NCBI GenBank assembly: GCA_903813345.2
Contig: CAIIXF020000001.1
Location: 43,338,001 to 43,402,000 of the forward strand
Direction of reading: 5' to 3'
Origin: Owenia fusiformis
Lineage: Eukaryota
DNA: 64,000 nucleotides
In this document: one piece after another, positions 1 to 12,722 of the stretch
Layout of the letters: each line of letters starts with the position of its first letter
How positions within the stretch are numbered: the first letter of the stretch is position 1
Program-made: the position numbers and the translations under genes
The notes under the pieces: generated by a model
Database searches by the model: none
What the model was told of the DNA's origin: nothing
The model's input: only the letters and a program-made list of their open reading frames with translations

Positions 1-563
1 AATTTCAATCAGACTTCCGGTTCCGAAGTTATGGCGTGTCCGAAAAGTAGGTCAAAATAAAAATTCGCCAAATTTAACGTATGAGTTATGAATTAGGGGG
101 AAATTTTTGTCAGGAATCTGAATCTACAAATCAAATTTCGATCCGACTTCCGGTTCGGAAGTTATGGCGTTTTGAAATTTCAAGAAAAATCGATCTGATG
201 GTATCCTGATAGAAAGTCAAGAGTAGAGAAGAAAATATTGAAAAATGCATCCATCCTTCCTTTCTGATCCTATCCTATCCTTCCTATCTACCCTTGCTTC
301 GTTTCCTCTCCTTCCTATTCTATCCCTTCTTCCTATTCTATTCTATCCTTCTTTCCTATTCTATCCTTCTTTCCTATTCTATCCTATCGTTCCTTCCTAT
401 TCTATCCTATCCTTCCATCCTTTTTCATCCATCCATCCATCCATCCTTCTTTTTCTTGATGACTTAGTTCATTTTGGATGACTTGGCTTATTCTGGATGA
501 CTCGGCTAAAAAAAGTCTAGATCTGGAGTCTGAAATTGAACTCGTTCAATTTCCAAAATCTAG
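1..563 (+). mobile_element. Non-autonomous Helentron/HINE-like element, family A, 3' part
   Basis: CCTAT/TCCT microsatellite, then subterminal ATCTGGAGTCT, hairpin GAAATTGAAC-GTTCAATTTC, CTAG (560-563) followed by TT. Confidence 0.75.
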
Positions 564-3500
564 TTCTTATTATTCTATCAAAGCATTTTTCTCCTACTTC
601 CAACTAGGTTTCAACTACCTACTATATGATCCTACTAAGAACCTTGGCTGAAATTGGGGGGAAAATATTTTTTATCTAGGTCAAGGTCAAAGGTCAAAAT
701 CTAGGTCAAATCTAAGTTTTTTTTCAAGTTTCTCAAGTTTGTCATTATACTTCATTATTTCTTGCGATGAATTAAACTGAAACTACATTTAAGTATTCTC
801 TACAAATTGTTCACTATATGTCAGCATTAATTTTTTACCGTTTTTGAGATATTTGACGTCAAAAAACGGTCAAAAAAGGTCATTTTTCAACTTGCTTCAG
901 TCTGACCAAATTTTTTTTTAAAAATCATCTACAAGTTCCCAGGAGTCCAATTCTGACTTCAGATTTGACCTTTGACCTTTAGTTGACCTTCAGTGACCTT
1001 CGAAAGGTCAGAAAAGTTGATTTTTCAAATTGAGTCTTTGGATTCAAATTTAGGTCAGTCTAATTACAAAAAGCCTACTGAGGTCTAAAAAAGTAAAAAT
1101 TTCAAGGTCAAAGGTCAAGGTCATCAAATTAGGTCACAAACTGTGCTATCTAAGTTTCTCATAGTTCAAGACTACAAATCAATATTTTTAATTGAAAGTC
1201 AAGATATACATTTCTCTAAGGGTTTTACACATATTAGTCATTGACTATTTATTAAAATTTTGTCCCAGTTTTGAGATATAAGAGCTCAAAAACTGAAAAA
1301 GGTCAATTTTTCAAAGTTTATAAGGTCAAATTTTAACTTGCTTCAAATTCACCAAACTTTTTTTTAAAAATCATCTACAACTTCTCAGGAGTTCATATTT
1401 AACCTCAGATTTGACATTTGACCTTAAGTTGACCTTCAGTGACCTTCGAAAGGTCAGAAAAGTTGATTTTTCAAATTGAGTTTTTGGATTCAAATTTAGG
1501 GTAAGCCTAATCATAAAAGACCCACTGAGCTCTAAAACAGTAAAACTTTCAAGGTCAAGGGTCACGGTTATCAAATTAGGTCAAAGGTTAAAAATTAGGT
1601 CAAATCTAAATTTTTTACAAGTTTCTTAACTTTGTCCTTATACTTCATTATTTCTTGCGATGAATAAAACTGAAACTACATTTTAGTATTTTCTACAAAT
1701 TGTTCACTATATGTCAGCATTGAATTTTTACGAGTTTTGAGATATTTGACGTCGAAAAACGGTCAAAAAAGGTCATTTTTCAACTTGCTTCAATCTAACC
1801 AAATTTTTTTTTAAAAATCATCTACAAATTCCCAGGAGTCCGAATCTGAATCTCATATTTGACCTTTGACCTTTAGTTGACCTTCAATGACCTTCGAAAG
1901 GTAAGAAAAGTTGATTTTTCAAATTGAGTCTTTGGATTCAAATTATGTCAGCCTGATTACCAAAGACCTACTGATGTCTAAAAGGGTAAAACTTTTCAAG
2001 GTCAAAGGTCAAGATCATGAAATTAGGTCACAAACTGTGCTATCTAAGTTTCGCAAAGTTCGCGACTACAAACTAATATTTTTAACCCGAAGTCGAAATA
2101 TACACATTCCTCTAAGGGTTCTACACATATTAGTAATTGACTATTTAATAGAATTTTGTCCCAGTTTGAGATATAAGAGTTCAAAAGTTGAAAAAAGGTC
2201 AATTTCGAAATTTATCAAGGTCAAATTTAAACTTGCTTCAAATTGACAGAATCTTTTTTTGGAAATCATCTACAAGTTCTCAGGAGTTCACATCTGACCT
2301 CAGATTTGATATTTGTCCTTTAGTTGACCTTCAAATTGTCAAAAATGCCTAAGAGGGCCTCCGTGAGATTGCTTGCAATCTTCCAAAGTCTAGTTTATTA
2401 TTATTATTCTATCAAAGCAGTTTTCTCCTACTTTCAACTAGCTTTCAACTTTCTACTATATGCTCCTACTAGATACCTGGTTTGATCTTGATGGGAAAAT
2501 ATTTCATATCTAGGTCAAGGTCAAAGGTCAAAATCTAGGTCAAATCTAAGTTTTTTTTCAAGTTTCTCAAGTTTGTCATTATACTTCATTATTTCTTGCG
2601 ATGAATTAAACTGAAACTACATTTAAGTATTCTCTACAAATTGTTCACTGTATGTCAGCATTAAATTTTTACCGTTTTTGAGATATTTGACGTCAAAAAA
2701 CGGTCAAAAGAGGTCATTTTTCAACTTGCTTCAATCTGACCAAATTTTTTTTTAAAAATCATCTACAAGTTCCCAGGAGTCCAAATCTGACTTCAGATTT
2801 GACCTTTGGTTGACCTTCAGTAACCTTTGAAAGGTCAGAAAAGTTGATTTTTCAAATTGAGTCTTTGGATTCAAATTTAGGTCAGTCTAATTACAAAAAG
2901 CCTACTGATGTCTAAAAAAGTAAAAATTTCAAGGTCAAAGGTCAAGGTCATCAAATTAGGTCACAAACTGTGCTATCTAAGTTTCTCATAGTTCAAGACT
3001 ACAAATCAATATTTTTGATTGAAAGTCAAAATATACATTCATCTAAGGGTTCTACACATATTAGCCATTGACTATTTATTAAAATTTTGTCCCAGTTTTG
3101 AGATATAAGAGCTCAAAAACTGAAAAAGGTCAATTTTTCAAAGTTTATAAGGTCAAATTTTAACTTGCTTCAAATTCACCCAACTTTATTCTAAAAATCA
3201 TCTACAACTTCTCAGGAGTTCATATTTAACCTCAGATTTGACATTTGACCTTTAGTTGACCTTCAGTGACCTTCGAAAGGTCAGAAAAGTTGATTTTTCA
3301 AATTGAGTTTTTGGATTCAAATTTAGGGTTAACCTAATCATAAAAGACCTACTGAGCTCTAAAGCAGTAAAATTTTCAAGGTCAAGGGTCACGGTTATCA
3401 AATTAGGTCAAAGGTCAAAATCTAGGTCAAATTTAAATTTTTTTCAAGTTTCTCAAGTTTGTCCTTATACTTCATTATTTCTTGCGATGAATTAAACTGA

Positions 3501-4174
3501 AACTACATTTTAGTATTCTCTACAAATTGTTCACAATATGTCAGCATTAAATTTTTACCATTTTTGAGATATTTGACGTCAAAAACAGTCAAAAAAGGTC
3601 ATTTTTCAAATTGCTTCAATCTGACCCAATTTTTTTTTAAAAATCATCTACAAGTTCCTAGGAGTCCAAATCTGACCTCAGATTTCACCTTTGATTTTTC
3701 AAATTGAGTCTTTGGATTCAAATTTAGGTCAGCCTAATTACAAAAGACCTACTGAGGTCTAAAAAAGTAAAACTTTTCAGGGTCAAAGGTCAAGATCATG
3801 AAATTAGGTCACAAACTGTGCTATCTAAGTTTCGGAAAGTTCGAGACTACAAACCAATATTTTTAATCCGAAGTCGAAATATACACATTCCTCTAAGGGT
3901 TCTACACTTATTAGCAATTGACTATCTAATCGAATTTTGTCTCAGTTTGAGATATAAGAGTTCAAAAGCTGAAAAAAGGTCAATTTCGAAATTTTTCAAG
4001 GTCAAATTTAAACTCACTTCAAATTGACAAAATTTTTTTTTGAAAATCATCTACAAGTTCTCAGGAGTTCATATCTGACCTCAGATTTGATATTTGTCCT
4101 TTAGTTGACCTTCAAATTGTCAAAAATGCCTAAGAGGGCCTCCGTGAGATTGCTTGCAATCTTCAAAAGTCTAG
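564..4174 (+). mobile_element. Two HINE-like family B bodies with 3' ends (564-2393, 2394-4174)
   Basis: Each starts with a TTA/TTC microsatellite, contains AGGTCA/TGACCT-rich internal repeats, and ends GGGCCTCCGTG-AGATTGC TT GCAATCT (hairpin)-CTAG-TT. Confidence 0.72.
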
Positions 4175-7100
4175 TTATTAGACTCCAGATTGAAAATCTG
4201 GAGTCTATTGTTTTTGCCAGTATTCTTATTATTAGACTCCAGATGTCAATCTGGAGTCTATTGTTTTTGCCAGTATTCTTATTATTAGACTCCAGATGAA
4301 ATCTGGAGTCTATTGTTTTCGTCAGTTTTCTTATTCTTATTAGACTCCAGATGAAATCTGGAGTCTATTGTTTTCGTCAGTTTTCTTATTCTTCTTCTTC
4401 TTATTCTTATTCTTATTCTAAACCAGTTTTCTCAATAACCATAAGGTTTTCAGTAAAGTCAGTAATTTGGTCAATTTAGGTCCAGAATCTAGTTCCTCGG
4501 AAATTGGGTCAAATTTTTATCTAGGTCAAAGGTCAAGAACTAGGTCAAATCCAGTACTTTGTCACTTTTTTCGATTTTCTCGGTCGTCCTTCAATATTTT
4601 CGATCCGGGTTTTTTTCATTGTGTTCCTTATAAAAAAGTAGAAAACCTAAAGTCGATTTAGTTTTTTGATATATCAAACCGATTTCGAGATATCAGTGTC
4701 CGAAAACGAGGTCCAAAAAAAAGTTCTTCGAATCAAATGTCGAGGATATTAGTCTTATAGGAAATTTTCTCAGGATTCCGAATCTGAAAACCAAATTTCG
4801 ATCTGATTTCCGGTTCGGAAGTTATGGCGTTTTGAAAGCTCAAAAATTGCTAAATTTGGTGCCCATGTTAAGTCAATGGGAAAAAAGATTTTTTTGAAGT
4901 GAAAAATACGAAATATAGACTGAGTTCAGCTTAAAATAATGAAAGCCTATGAAAGAAGGGAACCTCGAAGGCTACCTAACTTCAAAATTTGGACACCAAA
5001 ATCCCTAGGTCAAAATCTAGGTCAAATTCAAAGTTTTTCCTTATTTTTGCTATTCTGACACTACAGATTAATTATATTCTTCGAAATTTTGTATACATGT
5101 AGCCAAGAGTGTGCTAATAGTGTTAGCCTTTTGCCGTCAGAAAGTATTTTGCCCCACTTTTGAGATATGGTGTCCGAAAAGTAGGTCAAAATAAAAAATT
5201 CTCCAAATTTGACGTTTGAGTTATGAATTAAGTATAGAATTTTCTCAGGAATCCGAATCTGCAAACCAAATTTCAATCCGACTTCTGGTTCGGAAGTTAT
5301 GACATTTTGAAAGCTCAAAAATCGCTAAATTTGGTGCCCCATGTTATGTCAATGGGAAAAAAGATTTTTTTGAAGTGTAAAATACAAGATATAGACTAAT
5401 TACAGCTTAAAATAATGAAAGCCTATATAAGAAGGGAACCTCGAAGGCTACCTAATTTCAAAATTTGTACACCAAAATTCCTTGGTCAAAATCTAGGTCA
5501 AATTCAAAGTTTTTCCTTATTTTTGCGATTCTGACACTACAGATTAATTATATTCTTCGAAATTTTGTATACATGTAGCCAAGAGTACGCTAATAGTGTT
5601 AACCTTTTGCCGTCATAAAGTATTTTGACCCACTTTTGAGATATGGTGTCCGAAAAGTAGGTCAAAATAAAAAGTTCTCCAAATTTAACGTTTGAGTTAT
5701 GAATTAAGAATAGAATCTTCTCAGAAATCCGAATCTGCAAACCAAATTTCAATTCGACTTCCGGTTCCGAAGTTATGGCGTGTCCGAAAAGTAGGTCAAA
5801 ATTTAACGTATGAGTTATGAATTAGGGGTAGAATTTTGTCAGGAATCCGAATCTGCAAATCAAATTTCGACCTGACTTCCGGTTCGGAAGTTATGACGTT
5901 TTGAAATTTCAAGAAAAATCGATCTGATGGTATCCTGATAGAAAGTCAAGAGTAGAGAAGAAAATATTGAAAAATGCATCCATCCTTCCTTTCTGATCCT
6001 ATCCTATCCTTCCTATCTACCCTTGCTTCGTATCCTCTCCTTCCTATTCTATCCCTTCTTCCTATTCTATTATATCATTCTTTCCTATTCTATCCTATAG
6101 TTCCTTCCTATTCTATCCTATCCTTCCTTCCTTTTTCATCCATCCATCCATTCATCTTTTTCTGGATGACTTAGCTTATTTTGGATGACTTGGCTTATTC
6201 TGGATGACTCGGCTAAAAAAAGTCTAGATCTGGAGTCTGAAATTGAACTCGTTCAATTTCCAAAATCTAGTTATTCTTCTGATTATTATTCTTATTCTAA
6301 CCCAGTTTTCTCAATAACCATAAGGTTTTCAGTAAAGTCAGTCATTTGGTCAATTTAGGTCCAGAATCTAGTTCCTCGGAAATTGGGTCAAATTTTTAGC
6401 TAGGTCAAAGGTCAAGAACTAGGTCAAATCCAGTACTTTGTCACTTTTTTCGATTTTCTCGGTCGTCCTTCAATATTTTCGATCCGGGTTTTTTTCATTG
6501 TGTTCCTTATAAAAAAGTAGGAAACCTTGGGTCGATTTAGTTTTTTGATATCTCAAACCGATTTCGAGATATCAGTGTCCGAAAACGAGGTCCAAAAAAA
6601 AGTTCTCCGAATCAAATGTCCAGGATATTGATCTTATGGGAGATTTTCTCAGGATTCCGAATCTGAAAACGAAATTTCGATCCGACTTCCGGTTCGGAAG
6701 TTATGGCGTTTTGAAAACTCAAAAATCGCTAAATTTTGTGCCCATGTTAAGTCAATGGGAAAAAATATTTTTTTGAAGTGAAAAATACGGAAAAAAGACT
6801 GAGTTCAGCTTCATATAATCAAAGCCTTTAAAAGAAGGGGACCTCAAAAGCCATCTAGCTTTAAAATTTGGACACCGAAATGCCTAGGTCAAAATCTAGG
6901 TCAAATTCATAGGTTTTCCTTATTTTTTCGATTCTGACACTACACTTTAATTATATTCTTCGAAATTGTGTATACATGTAGCCAAGAATATGTTAATAGT
7001 GTTAGCCTTTTGCCGTCAGAAAGTATTTTGACCCACTTTTGAGATATGGTGTCCGAAAAGTAGGTCAAAATAAAAAGTTCTCCAAATTGAATATATGAGT

Positions 7101-9062
7101 TATGAATTAAGGGTAGAATTCTGTCAGGAATCCGAATCTGCAAACCAAATTTCGATCCGACTTCCGCTTCGGAAGTAATGGCGTGTCCGAAAAGTAGGTC
7201 AAAATAAAAAATCGCCAAATTTAACGTATGAGTTATGAATTAGGGGTAGAATTTTGTCAGGAATCCGAATCTGCAAATCAAATTTCGATCCGACTACCGG
7301 TTCGGAAGTGATAGCGTTTTGAAATTTCGAAAAAAATCGATCTGATGGTATCCTGATAGAAAGTCAAGAGTAGAGAAGAAAATATTGAAAAATTCATCCA
7401 TCCTTCCTATCTCATCCTATCCTATCCTTCCTATCTATCCTTCCTTCATATTTTTTCCTTCCTATCCTTCCTATCCTATCCTATCCTTTCTTCCTATTCT
7501 ATTCTATCCTATCCTTCTTTCTTATTCTATCCCATCGTTCTTTCCTATTCTATCCTATCCTACCTTCTTATTTTATTTATCCATCTCTTTCTAGATGACT
7601 CAGCTTATTCTGGATGACTCGGCTTATTCTGGATGACTCGGCTAAAAAAAGTCTAGATCTGGAGTCTGAAATTGAACTTCGTTCAATTTCCAAAATCTAG
7701 TTATTATTCTCTCCCAGTTTTCTCCATAACCATAAGGTTTCCAATAAAAATCATTATTCAGTCAATTTATGTCCAGTATCTAGTTACTCGGAAATTGGGT
7801 CAAATTTTTATCTAGGTCAAAGGTCAAGAACTAGGTCAAATCCAGTACTTTGTCACTTTTTTCGATTTTCTCGGTCGTCCTTCAATATTTTCGATCCGGG
7901 TCTTTTTCATTGTGTTCCTTATAAAAAAGTAGGAAAGCTAGGGTCGATTTAGTTTTTTGATATCTCAAACCGATTTCGAGATATCAGTGTCCGAAAACGA
8001 GGTCCAAAAATCAAGTTCTCCGAATCCAATGTCTAGGATATCAGCATTATAGGAAATTTTCTCAGGATTCCGAATCTTAAAACCGAATTGAAATCCGACT
8101 TTCGGTTCGGAAGTTATGGCGTTTTGAAAACTCAAAAATCGCTAAATTTGGTGCCCATGTTACGTCAATAGGAAAAAAGATTTTTTTGAAGTGAAAAATA
8201 CGAAATATAGACTGAGTTCAGCTTCATATAGTCAAAGCCTTTAAAAGAAGGGGACCTCAAAAGCCACATAGCTTCAAAATTTGGACACCAAAATGCCTAG
8301 GTCAAAATCTAGGTCAAATTCGAAGTTTTTTCTTATTTTGGCGATTCTGACACTACACTTTAATTATATTCTTCGAAATTGTGTATACATGTAGCCAAGA
8401 GTGTTCTAATAGCATTAGCCTTTTGCCGTCAGAAAGTATTTTGACCCACTTTTGAGATATGGTGTCCGAAAAGTAGGTCAAAATAAAAAATTCTCCAAAT
8501 TTAACGTTTGAGTTATGAATTAAGGATAAAATTTTCTCAGAAATCCGAATCTGCAAACCAAATTTCGATCCGACTTCCGGTTCCGAAGTTATGGCGTGTC
8601 CAAAAAGTAGGTCAAAATAAAAATTCGCCAAATTTAACGTATGAGTTATGAATTAGGGGTAGAATTTTGTCAGGAATCCGAATCTTTAAATCAAATTTAG
8701 ATCCGACTACCGGTTCGGAAGTTATGGCGTTTTGAAATTTCGGAAAATCGATCTGATGGTATCCTGATAGAAAGTCAAGAGTAGAGAAGAAAATATTGAA
8801 AAATTCATCCATCCTTCCTATCTGATCCTATCCTATCCTTCCTATCTATCCTTCCTTCGTATCCTTTCCTTCCTATCCTTCCTATCCTCTCCTATCATAT
8901 CCTTTCTTCCTATTCTGTTCTATCCTATCCTTCTTTCTTATTCTATCCTATCGTTCCTTCCCATTCTATCCTATCCTACCTTCCTATTTTATCCATCCAT
9001 CTTATTCTGGATGACTCAGCTTATTCTGGATGACTCGGCTTATTTTAGATGACTGGGCTTAA

Positions 9063-11233
9063 AGAGACTCTATTGAGACTTCTCTGTGGCATTTTTTCTT
9101 TATTCCTTTTTGTTTTGAATTTTTAACACCATAACATTAACTAACTACTCAATATGCAACTTTTCACCACGTAGAATTTTAAAATATTAAGTTTGAAAAT
9201 TCCATTTTTATAATGGAGCTCAATGGGAAAAACTACATAATTTGAATTATTTTCAAACGTAGCGGCGCGATTTTGATAAAATTGACAGATATAATAAATA
9301 TTGGTAAGACGAAATGTTTGATGAAAAATGAAGAAAATTCACCGTCCTGGTTATGCAAACTATAGAAAAATCTGAAATAATCATAAAAATCTGTAAAAAT
9401 AGATTGAAGGGGGTGATATTCATTTCTAATGTGCCTTTCACTACAACAGGGTAACCATAATTTTGGTACTGATTTGATTTTTCAATGAAAATCATTTCTA
9501 TAGTGTATAGTCAGTTTAAATAATGCAATTGCTATATTTCTTTACTGAACAGTGCAATCATTTATTTATTTATCAACAGTAATGCAAACTACATATTATA
9601 CAGTTAGTAAAATATTAAAATAATTCTATTAAAATTAAAGCATTGAGATGATACTTAAATAATTACATATTATATTGATAGGCATATTATGTTATAGGAT
9701 TTAAGCCAATGACTCAATGCATTGTAGATGATTAAATTTAACATATGTCCTGATTCTAGACTATGAACGAGGGTGGAAGTCCGAATTCAAAGCATAGACT
9801 AGAAGACATAAGTGAATTGAAGCATCCACTATTCATTGAATCATGTGCTTTAATTCAATTTCACACATTGCAAAATGATATTTTTTCAAAGATTTGTTGT
9901 ACTTTTAGAATCATTAGCTTCAAAGAATTGAACTATGGCGGCCTTTACTCGTTATTTTACGATTTTTGCTGTAACTCGAAAAGTAGTCGAGCGATTTTGT
10001 TCATATTTGGTATATGAATACTATAAGCATGGCACCCTGTCTAATGACTCTTCTGGTAGAAAGCGGCCATTTTAACGTATTTTACTATAACACTTAAAAG
10101 TAGTGGAGCGATTTTTTCATATTTGGTATGTGAATACTATAAGCATGGCACACTGTCTAATGACACTTTTGGTAGAAGGTGGCCATTTTGAAAAATGGCC
10201 GTCATTTTAACGTATTTTACTTTAACTCGAAAAGTAGTAGAGCGATTTTGTTCATATTTGATGCGTGAATACTATAAGCGTGGCACACTGTCTAATGACA
10301 CTTTTGGTAGAAGGTGGCCATTTTGAAAAATGGCTGCCATTTTTGCTGTATACTTTGTTTGTAAAAAAATGTCAGCCATGGCTGTTCGATGGGATTTGCT
10401 ACACTTTGGTGTTGCTGTTGTCTAGTTGAAGGATGGATGGACGGACAAATGGAGGGGTCTCTATAGCTTATCATCCCCTAATCTTCGTTGGATTGAACAA
10501 TTGTGAATATGGTTTGTTGGACAAATAAAACTGATTGAATGTCTAAAAGCAAATAATGAAGTGGTAATTTATTTAAAATCATTAAAATCTCAAACATGCT
10601 TGCTTTGGTCTAGTCACTTAATTCCTAAATGTCCCGTAATTAGTATCTATATACCTTATTAGATGCAGTGAAGGAGTTAAATCATTGGGATATGAATAAA
10701 TCATGCAAAACATATTTTGTACATATTTCTCATCATTTAGGGTTACCCAGTAGTTTACAAGCTGACCTTTGCAAAATATATTTCACTTACTATCCTCATT
10801 CGCTATCACGCTATCTAGTTTCTTTCCAAATTGGCCTGAATTGCCTGGTTTATTGGTTTTAGCGAACCGTCCATTTCGTCGAACCATCATTTTGCTAAGG
10901 TTGTTTGTGATGAATATACAATATTCAGTTACATATAACTGTACAGCAACTTTATGCAAGGGAAGGTAATTGTATGAGAGCACATAAAGTACACGAAGTA
11001 TTGACCCACTTGTCTCAGTGAATCTTATAAACAGTGCATAAAGTTTTTTCTATGCAATGATTGGCTCACAGTAACTTATAGTGTAAGTTATTTTATTTCT
11101 ATACAGTGTGGAATAGAGTGTATAAACTTTTACAGTTTCAAGCAGGTTTTAGTGTTTTCTGACCAATGATATATTCAGACTTATTCATTTCACGATTATG
11201 TAATACTGACCTACATATCTGTATAGCATATCT
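9063..11233. mobile_element. ~2.2-kb insertion with TTAA target duplication (Kolobok-like) interrupting a family A element
   Basis: Sibling copies read GGGCTTAAAAAAGTCTAG uninterrupted. Here TTAA is present at 9059-9062 and 11234-11237. Weak TIR AGAGACTCTAT / ATAGCATATCT. Confidence 0.55.
9935..10425 (+). mobile_element. HINE-like family D fragment with central tandem repeats and 3' hairpin+CTAG
   Basis: Repeats of GATTTTGTTCATATTTGG..GCATGGCACACTGTCTAATGAC..GGCCATTTTGAAAAATGGC. End GTTCGATGGGATTTGCTACACTTTGGTGTTGC..CTAGTT. Confidence 0.6.
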
Positions 11234-12722
11234 TTAAAAAAAAGTCTAGATCTGGAGTCTGAAATTGAACTTCGTTCAATTTCCAAAGTCTAGTTATTAT
11301 TCTTATTATTCTGTAGCCGTTTTTTCAGAAACTATAAGGTATCCAGTAAAGACCATTATACAGTTTATTTAGGTTCAGTATCTAGTTGGTGGGAAATTGG
11401 GTCAAATTTTTATCTAGGTCAAAGGTCAGGAACTGGGTCAAATCCAGTACTTTGTCACTTTTTTCGATTTTCTCAGTCGTCCTTCAATATTTTCGATCCG
11501 GGGTTTTTTCATTGTGTTCCTTATAAAAAAGTAGGAAAGCTAGGGTCGATTTAGTTTTTTGATATCTCAAACCGATTTCGAGATATCAGTGTCCGAAAAC
11601 GAGGTCCATAAAAAAGTTCTCCAAATCAAATGTCCAGGATATTAGTCTTATAGGGAATTTTCTCAGGATTCCGAATCTGAAAACCAAATTCGGATCGGCC
11701 TTCCTGTTCGGAAGTTATGGCGTTTTGAAAACTCAAAAATCGCTAAATTTGGTGCCCATGTTAAGTCAATGGGAAAAAAGATTTTTTTGAAGTGAAAAAT
11801 ACGAAATATAGACTGAGTTCAGCTTCATATAATCAAAGCCTTTGAAAGAAGGGGACCTCAAAAGCCACATAGCTTCAAAATTTGGACACCAAAATGCCTA
11901 GGTCAAAATCTAGGTCAAATTCCAAGTTTTTTCTTATTTTTGCGATTCTGACACTACACTTTAATTATATTCTTCGAAATTGTGTATACATGTAGCCAAG
12001 AGTATGCTAATAGCGTTAGCCTTTTGCCGTCAGAAAGTATGTTGACCCACTTTTGAGATATGGTGTCCAAAAAGTAGGTCAAAATAGAAAGTTCTCCAAA
12101 TTTAACGTTTGAGTTATGAATTAAAGATAGAATTTTCTCAGAAATCCGAATCTGCAAACCAAATTTGGATCCGACTTCCGGTTCCGAAGTTATGGCGTGT
12201 CCAAAAAGTAGGTTAAAATAAAAATTCGCCAAATTTAATGTATTTGTTGTGAATTAGGGGTAGAATTTTGTCAGGAATCCGAATCTTTAAATCAAATTTA
12301 GATCCGACTTCCGGTTCGGAAGTTATGGCGTTTTGGAATTTTGGAAAATCGATCTGATGGTATCCTGATAGAAAGTCAAGAGTAGAGAAGAAAATATTGA
12401 AAAATTCATCCATCCTTCCTATCTGATCCTATCCTATCCTATCCTTCCTATCTATCCTTCCTTCGTATCCTTTCCTTCCTATCCTTCCTATCCTCTCCTA
12501 TCATATCATTTCTTCCTATTCTGTTCTATCCTATCCTTCTTTCTTATTCTATCCTATCGTTCCTTCCCATTCTATCCTATCCTACCTTCCTATTTTATCC
12601 ATCCATCTTATTCTAGATGACTCAGCTTATTCTGGATGACTCGGCTTATTTTAGATGACTGGGCTTAAAAAAGTCTAGATCTGGAGTCTGAAATTGAACT
12701 TCGTTCAATTTCCAAAGTCTAG

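Larger units (their letters stand above)
4175..12722 (+). mobile_element. Four nested family A HINE-like elements (4 consecutive 5' heads, then 4 bodies with 3' ends)
   Basis: Heads TAGACTCCAGAT-n-ATCTGGAGTCTA at 4179, 4233, 4286, 4341. Hairpin+CTAG ends at 6267-6270, 7697-7700, 11290-11293, 12719-12722. Internal ~134-bp tandem unit; the first body carries a 476-bp internal duplication. Confidence 0.78.

Noticed and set aside
4175..4400. Palindromic ~54-bp repeats resembling a CRISPR array
   Set aside because: Eukaryotic intron, no unique spacers, no cas genes; explained as stacked element heads.
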